From NCBI GenBank assembly GCA_964234715.1, contig OZ174276.1: a stretch of DNA of 64,000 nt. One strand, written 5' to 3'. The DNA comes from Podarcis melisellensis. Lineage: Eukaryota. The notes beneath the pieces are model-generated. The model saw only the letters and a list, made by a program, of their open reading frames with translations, was not told the origin of the DNA and did not search any database. Positions 25,236 through 36,779 of this stretch are shown here, piece after piece. A program made the position numbers and the translations under genes. Each line of letters begins with the position of its first letter. Position 1 is the first letter of the stretch.

Positions 25236-25710
25236 CTAAAGACAAAATGAATCAGACCTTTTTTGTATTTTTCTTTAATTTCTACATGAGCAAAATTCAA
25301 AGAATCAAAACTTGGTTTAATAGGAATAAATACAAATTGATCTTTCTTTCTTTTTACAAAATGTATCCTGTTAAAACAACAGTATGAATATCATAGGGAT
25401 ACTCTGAGCTTCCCAATCAGGGCAAGTTTGATATTTAATTGGTTTCACAGGGAACTGCATATTTTAGAACATTTATAAAATTAAAATTTTATAGAGAGGT
25501 ACAGATTTCGTAGAAATACAATAACATTTTATAATGTAGTTTTTCATGTCTTAAGGTAAGCACCTGCTCGAAGCCACAAAGGTCATTAGATATTGACATG
25601 TTATTTCCTTTATTTGCTATCCATAGAGCCCTTTAGGACTTGATTCAAAGCCTCAAAATTCCCTTTTATAATAGTAACTTCAGGACATACAGAGATACTA
25701 TATGTGTATA

Positions 25711-25723
25711 ACACACACACGCA

Positions 25724-25756
<33 letters not shown>
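25711..25756. repeat. (CA)n microsatellite
   Basis: Seen directly. Confidence 0.95.
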
Positions 25757-25758
<2 letters not shown>

Positions 25759-26061
25759 CAGTTGTACTTCATGCTATGTATTTTTAAAGTATTGTAAGTT
25801 CACAATGAATTTTGAAGAATAAAAATGAATTTTCCTTAAATATTCTGCTTCTATTTAATTTTCAAAATCAGTACATTAAAAACATAACACCACACATATA
25901 CACACACCCCTAATTCTTAACAGCATTGATCCAGATAACCTGATTCTGGTTTGGGAAATCCAACCAAAACAGAACCTGCTTAGGACAGCACAAACCTAGT
26001 TAAGGGCACATAACTGTTAGGGTCTACAGTTTACCCTGAATTCAGTGTGAATATCTTAGAA

Positions 26062-26197
26062 CAGGGGTAGCCAACCTGGTACTCTCCAGATGTTGCGTAT
26101 GAGAATTTCCATCAGCCATAGACAGAATGGCCAATGGTCAGGAATGATGGAGGTTGCAGTCTACAATATCTGGATGGCACCATGTTGCCTACTCCTG
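26062..26197. mobile_element. hAT-type MITE (same family as 3485)
   Basis: CAGGGGTAGCCAAC...GTTGCCTACTCCTG. TSD TCTTAGAA/CCTTAGAA. Confidence 0.8.
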
Positions 26198-27040
26198 CCT
26201 TAGAAGATGACATTGTGTCCCAACCAGTGACGAATGCTGGCAGAGAAAGAGCCCTGGAGCAGATGGAAATGTGGGCTCGCTCTCTTGTTCTTCTAATCAG
26301 TTTTGGAGTTCATATACCAGAAGCCCACAGTTCCAGGAGAAATACCACCAGAGTCATGGGAAGAATACAGATTCTATTCCTGTGCCATAGTCCACAAATC
26401 CATTAGATATTCTGGGAAGGTGCAGATAAATTATGACTGCCACTTCACTGCTCACTAAGAATCAGTATGCCAACAACTCACTGCGTGTTTCTGTCTTTCT
26501 ACACAACCAATCAACTAGGATAACAACTGATTAGGCACCTGCAGTAATTTAATGGAAATGACAACATACTGCTCAGCTGTTTCGTAAGATGCCCGTCCAT
26601 AGAGGTACACTGCAACAGTAAACAGTAATTTTGCATGTTCTGTTGTTCAAGAAGATAAGGACAGGCAGATATTATTTCTCATTGGCATTTGAGAAAGAGA
26701 GGTTGATATCCCTGAGGGGTGACTGGTGCAAAAGCGCTAAAGTTTTTCTTTCCTTTCGAAAAAGCTCACTGGATAGACTTTGCCTTCACAGTAGGGCAGC
26801 ACAGAACTGGGACATTTTGCAGGGATGCTGATAGAACACAACAGGTTTCCTCCCTCCCACTGTCTTCCCCCAACTTCTTTCCCAGGCGTCTTTGCATACT
26901 GTGGATTATGGAGCTGTTAAAGGAGACATCAACTATGCTTTGCATTGAAATACGGCCATAATATGTAGTTAAGTGGCCCAGTTCTTGCTCCCTGCTGTGA
27001 TACATCATTAATATAAAGTATGTGGAGTTAAATAACTTAC

Positions 27041-27169
27041 AAAGCTCTGGTTATCCGGAAGCATGACAATGATCTGTGCGTTGTGATCCCAGATCATTCT
27101 CCAGAAATCTTTAGTCGTGTGTGGCAGGGGATGCTGTGTAATGATGAACTCGTTGCTCCGATAGTAACC
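27041..27169 (-). CDS. PTPRG: PTPRG coding exon ([43 protein letters not shown])
   Basis: aaaag|GGT ... TTT|gtaagt, 129 nt. Confidence 0.97.
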
Positions 27170-28157
27170 CTTTTAAAGCAAGAACCAAATGCAGTTACTC
27201 AGTGCATAGAATAGTTTGGAAACTTCATGGATGAGAGCAGACAATACAAGTTTATTAGACTGCTAAATTTTCAAAGCTCCCTGCTGTGCTAATTTATCCT
27301 AAAACAATACTGGAGAATATATAAATGAAAAATAAACTCTATAAACATGTTTCACTTAACTGAATAGTTTCCACCAGGAACGGCAACCCACTGAGTGTAG
27401 AGGACCACAGTGGAAACAACTAAGATGAGCTGCAACTAATATTTGTTTACCCTAATTAAAAATAATGGATTCAGCACAGTTATTAGATATATTGCCTTCC
27501 TTCTGTGATGCCACTTGTTCTAGTTTCTGGTACAGCAAATGTCACTTCAGATGTTTTAAAAAAATTCCTCCAGTAGAATGACACTGTCAATGACAAAATA
27601 TGCAAATGACACACAATATGCAACTATGAAGAATATGACTGGCCAATGTAGGGCATGGCCCATCCCTCCTGCACAGCAGCTCACAGAGCAGTGCAAGCAG
27701 GGCAGGATCTCCACAGGACTGAATGAGCTTTTTAACTACACCCTAGTTCTTGGCTGGGACATATACCCATTGCAGCATGCTGGTTACTACCTGGAATGGG
27801 AGATGTGCTGGGCTCCTCTCATTCTACATAATAGCTGGCATGCTTTAGCGAACATCTGCCCAGTCAAGGGCTGGCAAGGGAATCAGAGTTAGAAGACTCA
27901 ATTGAAGCTCTGTGGTGATCTCATCCCATGAGCTGTGCATGCAGGAGAGGATGAATTGTGTCCCTAATTCCCTAAGTTATAAAAAATGAATTTCTTTTAA
28001 TTCTAAGCAGCAGTGTATAATGTTTGTTGCACACAGTGGCTGTTCTTTGAAAAAAAGAATCACCTCATTGAAAAAGGAAACACAAGAGCTATTTGCAACA
28101 ATAGATAAAACCAACTGAACAATTTTATATTCGGTTACTTTCTGTTGATTTTCTTAC

Positions 28158-28234
28158 CATAATATAAGAGGCATTAATGTAATCAGTTCCTTTCATTCCA
28201 GGTAATGGTGCCAGTCCCACCCTTGCTCGTTCAG
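28158..28234 (-). CDS. PTPRG: PTPRG coding exon ([26 protein letters not shown])
   Basis: tttacag|CT ... ATG|gtaaga, 77 nt. D2 DYINAS motif. Confidence 0.97.
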
Positions 28235-28845
28235 CTGTAAACAAACAAATGAACAGACGAAAAGCCCATATCAAACAAAACTCACAATCTTAGCACAGCT
28301 ATCATAACACAACTCCTATTTCTCCCAGGGCCAGACCCAGTATCATAAAATTTGCTGAGCTCATGTAGGAGATAAAGCTATAAAAATGATAAAATGAAAT
28401 GTTTGCACAAGGATATAATTTCAGCAATAAAATTTTACTACTTTCTGCTATCCCCAGATGCCAAATAATAGTTAATAGCGAATTCCCTCTCCACTATGAA
28501 ATTCACCCAGGGCCTTGGGCCAGATACTCCCAGCCTAATTTACATCACAAGTTTGTTGTGAGGATAAATAAGTCAGGACTATGTGCCTTGAGCTCCTTGG
28601 AGAAAGGGCAGAGGATGAAAATGTAATAAATGAAATAAAGATTTGATGATGATCAGATCATTTATGGGCAACTGCACACAACTTCATTTGATTTATTTTT
28701 GCTGCTCTCATCCCTTCCCAAAAGTAGCGACAGCAACAGCCACTTCCCTAACTTCAGGGCAAGTCAGCAGCTATCCTCTGAGAACCACATTAATTGAAGT
28801 TAACTACCACAGAATGCACACACACAGCAGTGGATTTATCAAGAC

Positions 28846-29069
28846 CAGGCATGTCCAAAGTCTGTTTCGAGGGCCTAATCCAGCCCGCTGGTCGGTTTAA
28901 TCCAGCCCCTATGGCAGTTTATTTCCTGGGGTAAAATCCTAAAAAAATCTCTTCAATTCTAAATTCAACCCTAAAAATGCTCAAGAACTTTGGGGTAAAA
29001 ATCCTAAAAAAGGTCAACAACTTTGGTCAACAAATCTGGCCCTCTTTGAAAAAGGTTTGGATACCAATG
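28846..29069. mobile_element. hAT-type MITE
   Basis: CAGGCATGTCCAAA...TTTGGATACCAATG imperfect TIR. Internal TAATCCAGCCC repeats. No clear TSD. Confidence 0.55.
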
Positions 29070-29950
29070 ACTGCAGAGATAGCCACGCTTAGCAATTCTT
29101 TTGAGGCATGAGCATTAAAAAATTCAGCAAAGCAGATAGGCAAAAATACTTGGATTTCAGCTGCTTTAGGCCACTGGTGTCAATGACCCCAGATCAGTTT
29201 TGCCTCCCAGCCATTGAAGCACTTCTAAGGATCAACTTAATATTTCAGATGTAATATTTTTATTGTAGGACTGACACGGACAAATCATCCTTAATGATGC
29301 ATACCCCATTTACTTATTTAGATTTATTCACCCATTGGCATGAAGAATTGGGGTGAATTACAACACTTTGAAAACCAATGCCATAAATATTTGGGACCTG
29401 CAACAAAAAGTTGCAGCGTGTAGACCTCCTGTTCAGTGTCCCAGCCAGCCATGCTCTCCTTCACAATACTCTGTTCCATTCCCACGCCTACCTCGTTTTT
29501 CATCTCCCCACCAACAAACAGCATTATATGGCTATTGAGCATGGGCAGAATGCATTGAGCTGTTCGTGGGGGGGGGGGAGTCTTTTCCCTTAGGATTTTT
29601 TCTTCCCTAAAATTATTTTGCACTTCTGAAAGTGCTGCTAATTGAATTTCTGCAGGAAAAGACAACTGAAAATTCCTGGAAGCTGTATTAAGTTCCCTGA
29701 AAATATCTGAAAATATTAAACTCTTATACTTTCACTTGGTTCAAAACTTATTTGTATTTATGCCTTGGAATGCATTAACATGCATCCAGCATCAGGAGCC
29801 ACAAATCAGATTTATATTTAAAAAGAACTCTGACCCCATAGCACAAAACAATCCAATTGAGGGCCCACAGCACTTCATGCAAACACAATTCAGAATTTAG
29901 CACAAGGAAATTATTCAGCACAACAATCAGACTTTAAGATGTGATCTTAC

Positions 29951-30044
29951 ATGGCACAACTGATGAGTTCCTGTTCTTTTCTTTGTTGCAGTCCTTCTGA
30001 GCACTGAAGCACTCCACATACTTAGCATTGCATTGCATAACCAG
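29951..30044 (-). CDS. PTPRG: PTPRG coding exon ([31 protein letters not shown])
   Basis: ttttag|CTG ... CCAT|gtaaga, 94 nt. Confidence 0.97.
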
Positions 30045-30634
30045 CTAAAAAAATAAGCAAGAGTGATTAAGTCCTTTGCAGTTCTTTCTCTTTCTCACAC
30101 ACGCACACACACACACAAATATTATTTCTGGAAAAAAGTGCATCTCTGGAAGACTAAACTAAAATATGTTAAAAGCATTCAGAATGTCTAGATAACTGAA
30201 CTTTCTGCCTAAAGAAAGGTACTTATACAAACACATGTTGGGCCCTCAAGTTTGTATAGGTCTCATTTATTTCACACAGGGTAAATGAAATTCCATTCCA
30301 ACCTGGTTTGACAATGTCGATTTGAGTTCTGCTGAAGACATATTGCAAAGCCCCAAAGATATATGTAGGTCAGAACAGGTCTCAGGAAACAAAAAAGCTC
30401 TCTCTGTTCTTTATAAAACATCAAAACAAGACTACGCCTAAGGAATTTTTCCTCCTTGCTGCTATTGTGAACCTGAATGCTGCAGCTGAGATCAGTTATT
30501 CCTGGGCTTGCCTATTTTGCCTGCCAAGTTGACTGTGATACTTTCATGGTAAAAAGTGAGCTTACTGTGACTGCTTCTCAAGATACTTCACAGACAAAAT
30601 CATCACATATTTTGTCCCACTTGGACACCACAGT

Positions 30635-31464
30635 TAGTGATGTTAAATTCTCAAGAATAATCTTTTGGAGAATATTCTTGAGAATATTCTTGACTAAATA
30701 TTGAGAGTATTAGAGAATTTTCATTTAAAACAGAATATTCATTTTAATGCATTGAAAATGATATAATTTAATGCATTCAGAATGATATAATTTGTTAATA
30801 CACATGTTTATTAATGGGTAAACTTGTTCAGATGGCAACCAAAAATTGTATAGATACTTTTATTCAATGGGGCAATAACGTGAATTTACATTCTTTGATT
30901 TTTTTGCACCAAACTTGAAATAGAAAATTCAACGTGAATGACTCGCCACTAACCGTATATTTAGTAAAGGAACCACAGTGAAAATATATAAGCACAAGCA
31001 TACTTGTCACTTGCAAGTATCAAATAAAAAAGTAAAACATGTTTTATAGTTAAAGTTAAATCATTCTAAGGTGATGGCACTAGTAATTGTCATGCTAAGA
31101 TTTGGTATAAGAAAACTCAGTAGTTAAATCATATTTTATTCTTCCATTAGAACATGTACATGTTACAGGACATGTCAAAAAATACAATGGGCATGTTAAG
31201 GTTTGATTCAAGTAAATTCAGTAATAGTCTATCTTGTGCTCCTAATAGCTCTAACACTTAATAACTGTTTTGGTGACTAAAACACAGCTTGATAAACATA
31301 ACTATATGTGTACATATAAAAAAAGAAGCCATTAACATTAAATATATTATCATTATATGATAATATAACGTCAATCTCTGCTAAATGGCACCTTATACCA
31401 TTGAATGTGGAGAATATTCTCCAGAGAATTTTCTAGCAGAGAATATTCTCACCTCACCTCACTA
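30635..31464. mobile_element. AT-rich non-autonomous hAT element
   Basis: Termini TAGTGATGT / ACCTCACTA. 8-bp TSD ACCACAGT/GCCACAGT. Subterminal GAGAATATTCT motifs at both ends. Confidence 0.75.
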
Positions 31465-31569
31465 GCCACAGTTAATGCAGGTTCAATAAGTGTACACCTG
31501 GGTCCTACTTGCTCTACTTTTTATGGATAGTTTTTCACTTGTGTCACTGAAGATGTGGACAAGATCAAG

Positions 31570-32160
31570 GTGTTACTTTTAGTACAGAGAGCCCTTAACA
31601 GCTTGAGACCAGTTTACTTGTGAGATCGCCTTATGTTACATGTGCGCTCTCAATCGCTTCAATCTGCAGAATAGGCACCGTTACAGATGACACACAATAC
31701 TCATACCACAGTTGTCACAAATCAATCTTTCAGTGTGGCGGCACCTATACTTTGAAATTCTCTGCCTATTGACACCAGGAAGGTGCTTTTGCTGTACACC
31801 TTTTGTCACTTGTTTAAAACATGTTTGTTTAGCTAAGCCTATAATGGTACATAGATGCTGATGTGTCTTAGATATATATTTTAAATATATTTAAAATTCC
31901 ACCCAGTCTAATATTTCATTCTTAGGAAAGGTGCTTGAGGGTGCAATGGTGATAAACCTGCAGGATCTCTTCAATGACACAGATTATCATGATCCATTTC
32001 AGTCCCACTTTAGGCAAGATATAGGATGGAGATGGCCATGGTCACTTTTGTGGTTGACCTTTTCCAGAAGCTCACAAGGGAGTGTTCTCTGCTGGTTCTG
32101 CTGGACCTCTCAGCAGTTTTCAGCACCATCTATCATAGCATCTGAGCCAGCTGGTTGGGA
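31570..32160 (+). mobile_element. L2-like LINE fragments
   Basis: TCTTTCAGTGTGGCGGCACC 3' motif. GATCCATTTCAGTC and CTGCTGGACCTCTCAGCAG (DPFQS, LLDLSA) RT remnants. Confidence 0.6.
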
Positions 32161-32421
32161 TAGCCTCTGATCCATTTCCAGGCTCTGAATTGAAGGATGA
32201 TTATGATGTCCTAAATGGCATAGGACTGGGATATTTAAATGCCCATCTACTCCTAGGTGAACTTGCCTTACACATTAAGACAACTTCAGAGGTGTAACTA
32301 AAAGCCTTTTCATCAGACCATTCCTCCCACCCATCCGCATTGATAAAGTTCAGTTTTGGTCTGATCACTTTATCCCCCTAGTAAAGGCAGCAGGGCTGAA
32401 CAAGCTAAGAATGAAGCTTAC

Positions 32422-32568
32422 CTTGAACTGTTTCTCTAGCCAAGTCTTTCCTCCAATTCCAGGTATGAGAATGCTATTAACATAGCTATGTAGCTGGTTA
32501 GCTGAAACTTCAGTCTCTTTCCCAAGAATGGCTTCCAACAAGGCATCATGAATAAAAACATACTGCTC
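32422..32568 (-). CDS. PTPRG: PTPRG coding exon ([49 protein letters not shown]), D1 end and linker
   Basis: Manual translation. ttctag|GAG ... AAG|gtaagc, 147 nt. Confidence 0.97.
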
Positions 32569-32679
32569 CTAGAATGGCAGGAAGCAAATAAAGAATGAAG
32601 AAGCAAGCCCATAGTAAGTGGAGCATAGCTTCTGTAAAGGCAACTATTATATTTGCAACAATCCCACTGTGTGAAAAGC

Positions 32680-33020
32680 GCTAGTTCACCTCTGAGTGAG
32701 GTTTGTACATCTACAGCTCTCAGCAGGGCCTTCTTAGTGGTGGCTTCCTGACTTTGGAATGCCTTCCCCTCTTGAAATCTGGTTGGCACCAATTTTGGTT
32801 GGTTTTGGTGCCAGCTGAAAGCTTGCCTCTTTAGCCAGATGTATTAGGACACTGATTTTTTGAGTAAGGTGTAGAGGTTATACTGATGGATTTTTTAATA
32901 TTTCCAATTGTTCAAATTGGAACTGTTGCATCGCTAGTTTGATTTTATGTTCAGTGTACCCCAACCTGGACCACTTGCTTAATGAAGGGCAAGTTAAAAA
33001 TGAACCAACTAAATAAAAAT
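32680..33020 (+). mobile_element. L2-like LINE 3' end
   Basis: AGGGCCTTCTTAGTGGTGGCTTCCTGACTTTGGAATGCCTTCCC and an A-rich tail. Confidence 0.6.
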
Positions 33021-33588
33021 ACTGCTTAGATAACTTTTCAGATTTTCCCCATAGTTATCTCTGTTTGCTTTTTTCTTTCTTTTGCAGCTTGCTGTTCTTC
33101 TGCTTTTTTTTTTTTTTTTTTTTTGGTATTGAATTTCCCTTTTCTTCCTGTACGCCTCAGTTCCCTTCTTTTTCTAAGACTATTTTCTCCTTTACTTTTA
33201 CAAAAAAGGAAAGCGGTGGTGGTAGTGAGACTTGCATCAACTTTAATCAATTGCTGTTCACCTTTACGAAAGTTCTCTGTGTTATAAAATATACATTACC
33301 TTGGCATACTAAATGCCTTGTGGCTACTAAAGACTGTAAGCTTTTGGGTCTAGTATTTTGAAAATTCTCTGTGAAGTGCTTGGTTTATTTTAAAAGCGAC
33401 ACAATTGCTGAATAATAATATGACAACTACATGCATTTGCAAACTGAATTCACATAAAAACATAAGAAATGCAGTATGTAACCTATGGAGATATTCCAGT
33501 GGAAATTACACTTGGCAGACCCTCTTGCAATATTTAATTGGCAACAATAGCTTGCTGCAGTAAAAATAAATGTGTCTCTGTGTTTTAC

Positions 33589-33724
33589 CTCTGTCTGGAC
33601 GAGGTAGTTGCGCTGTGTCCTGATGTGTTTCAGGAAACCCAGGGCGTTAACTGTGCTTTTGTCTTTTATCTGTTGCAGCATACTGTCTATAACAATGTAG
33701 GTACCAGTCCTGCCAACACCAGCG
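33589..33724 (-). CDS. PTPRG: PTPRG coding exon ([46 protein letters not shown]), P-loop and Q-loop
   Basis: Completes HCSAGVGRT. gtcag|C ... GAG|gtaaaa, 136 nt. Confidence 0.98.
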
Positions 33725-34049
33725 CTGACAAAACAAAGTTTCAGGAGAGAGGTTAATAAAGAATTGCAATATTATGCTAATATTGATATACAGTATACGC
33801 TTCTTTACATCCACAAAGTCTCGCTCTTTAGATTTTCTATAATATGCAATGGCCAACTTTCAATTTGCTGCTAATTGCTGGGATCTTAGGTGTTTCTTTG
33901 AATCCTTGCGCAGGGAACTTTAGCTCCCAGTGAATGCAGCTTCTGGGCCAAAAAAAGGTTGGCCAGTCTTGCTCAGTATTTAAAGACAGGTCAGCTGGTA
34001 AGATTCATTTTCAGCTGGTGATACTCTCCAGGTTTGAGAGAAACAAGAC

Positions 34050-34262
34050 TATGTGGACAAGGGCCTGGGAAACTGGGGTGCAAATCCCCGCTCAGCCAGG
34101 AAGCTCAACTTGGGCCAGTCACAGCCTCTCCGCCTAACCTACCTCTCACAGGGTTGTTGTGGGGACTAAATGAGGAGGGGGAGAATCAAGTATACCACCT
34201 TGAGCTCCTTGAAGAAAAAGGTGGGCTATGAATGCAGTAAATAAAATAATATATTAAATAAA
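34050..34262 (+). mobile_element. Squam3/MIR-like tRNA SINE
   Basis: Degenerate B box GGTGCAAATCCCC, core CCTCACAGGGTTGTTGT-like sequence, (TAAA)n tail. Confidence 0.65.
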
Positions 34263-35047
34263 TATGTGAACATGCTAATATCGGCAAATTTAGGAAGCAC
34301 ATGTAGCACACACAGCTACTCTTTCCCAAAAAGGAGTCTTACATTTTGCAATCAGAATATATTAAGGAATCCCACTGATGAAAATAGGATTCATTTACTT
34401 TTGCCCTTTCTGACAATTAACCCCCCCCCCAAAAAAAAACATTCAACCTTTTAGGGGTAATTGAAAGGGGGGGAAAAATAAGCCAAAATGTAAGAATATA
34501 GCATGTTAAAACAACATTAAAAACTCTGGAAAAGTTTAAATGTCTTCATCTGATGAATTCTTTTCTGAATCTGTTGTGGGTGAAGAAAAAGTTGCAAATG
34601 TTCTTGAGCAGCTGTAGTGTGGCATAGGGCAGTTCTGGATTAAACCTATTCAGTAGAACTTGAAAGCTCTGTCCCGTATAATGACAGCAAGTGATCACAG
34701 CATAAAATCCTGCAGTGAACTGCATAATCCTCTAGAATTCAATGAAAATTGCCCAGTTCTGCTATGGATTACAGCATTATCAGATCCCACAAACTCATTC
34801 ATCTGTATAAGAGAATTTCACCCAGCAATGTGCTGTGCTGTGCAGGACAGTGAATAAACTTGTATTGGACCAGAGAAATTGAAGTTCAAACTGTGGTTCA
34901 GCCAATGATTCAGCCCTATTGCAAAATGGATATAATTGATTGTAAAGTGCACGATACATATGGGAAATACTGTTATGCTCTATTTCAGTTGTATATTAAT
35001 CTACAACATGTTGCACGCAAAATTAGACTGAAGTTGCCCAGCTGTAC

Positions 35048-35211
35048 CTGCAGTGCACAACCACTGGGCCCATCTCAGCAGTCCTGGCTGCAGAGGATCT
35101 TCTTACAAACGTCAGCACTGGCAGTGCATATTCAGGCACACCCATGTCGGGCCACTGTGTGTAGTGATACTGAATGACCGTCCTTTCATTCTGTCGTCCT
35201 TTAGGGTTCCC
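35048..35211 (-). CDS. PTPRG: PTPRG coding exon with WPD loop and catalytic Cys ([54 protein letters not shown])
   Basis: Manual translation. cactag|GGG ... TGCAG|gtacag, 164 nt. Confidence 0.95.
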
Positions 35212-35319
35212 CTAGTGAACAAGAATACATGAAACAGATACAGGAGGAAAACATATTAGTTAGGGATTGAACTGTACCATGTTCAGGTGTGAGATAAGAT
35301 TTAACCAATGCCTATTCTT

Positions 35320-35710
35320 CTAATTAAAAAAAAAATCATTTTACCTTTTACAAATATTTTAACAAGAGAAACAAAATCTTTGCAAGTCTAATTTACCTTC
35401 CCCATCGACTTCCCTCCTTTTTGCGGTTATTTATTTTATATATTTTTATTACTGCATATCTAATTCAAATATATTTACTGATTTTCCCTTATCTTCCCCT
35501 TAATTATCTCTTATTGCGCATGTTTATATCAGTCCCACTAATGCTTTGATTTGTTTACAGTGTAACTTCAAATAGTCAATCCCCCCCATTCTATTTTAAA
35601 AAGTCTTTCTTCTTGATTTCTTATTCTTCCAGTGAGTTTCTCAATTACTTCTTTTGACTTGCTGCAAAAATATATAAATAAAATCACAATACTTTTCTAC
35701 AACAACTAAA
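35320..35710 (-). mobile_element. L1-like 3' fragment
   Basis: T-rich decayed sequence similar in character to 6920-7150. Confidence 0.4.
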
Positions 35711-36644
35711 TCACTGGCAGAAAGGTTGATCTTTCCTGGTTTTCCATGTCCATGTGCCCCACACCTGACATCATGTTTGGTGTAGGTGTGGGCAGGTGAA
35801 GACAGACCGGTAGCTGGATTGACTGCTTGTGCAGCTGATCCCTGCAAAAAGCAGGATTGAACTCTACACGCTTGAGCTGAAAAATAGGATTACATAGGCA
35901 AAACAACTGCCTAGCAATGACTCTCATTCTACAAGCACAGCCATTATTCAAATACCTGCCAAACTTGACCTTTCTTTGTGCACGTAGGGTAGTTGAGCAT
36001 CCCCAGAACCAATTTACTAGTAGAGATATCTTCCCATGCCAGAATGAAAGCTCTTCCATTTTATGACAGGATGCCATTGTGGCACTGTGGGCTTTGGATC
36101 TTGGGGTCTCAAATTTCAGTGGGGCCCTGTGCAATGATAAAATTTGGTACCCCAAACCTCTTGTGGTCCATTCTAAAGCATAGTTGTGACATGCCCGAGG
36201 CTCCATATCCAGTGTGACCGAGCCACAAAATTGCGCTCCCCTAAATCTGCCTCTGGGGTGGGGCCCCTGGAACATTTGAGGACCTGCTGTGACTGACTGG
36301 TTACACAATATAAAGTTGCTCAACTCCGGAGTGAACTCCACTCTGTAGTTGTTTCAGTTGCAGAAGAAATATCCAATGTAAAGTGTTGGTGATGTGTTGT
36401 GGGATTGGTTTCAGTTTATGCAGTCAGCTGATGTGGACAGGGTGCTGGTGACTACATATCCGTCCATGTGTCCTCTTGTCCCCCATCCCTCCTGCCTTAT
36501 TAAATCTAGGAGAGTGCATTTGACTGGCTGGGTCCAGATATTTCATCAAAGAGATATATAGCAGCTGTGTATATCACACCCAATAGCATATTTCTAGTGT
36601 CCATCCAAAAAGGGTCCAAACCACAATGCAATAACACTTCTCAC

Positions 36645-36779
36645 CTTTTTCATTTTTGCATTCCTGACTGTGAAGCGGCGGACTGTATAGCAAGCATGTA
36701 TTTTTGTGCTCTTCAATGTGACAATGATATTGCCATATTCTTCACTGTTTTCAGATGGCCAGTATTGGTCACATTTTCT
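36645..36779 (-). CDS. PTPRG: PTPRG coding exon ([45 protein letters not shown])
   Basis: Within ORF 36594..36836. KCxxYWP motif. ctcag|AGA ... AAG|gtgaga, 135 nt. Confidence 0.98.

Noticed and set aside
35706-36341. 211-aa minus-strand ORF
   Set aside because: Intronic, overlaps MITE-like sequence, and has no recognisable domain.
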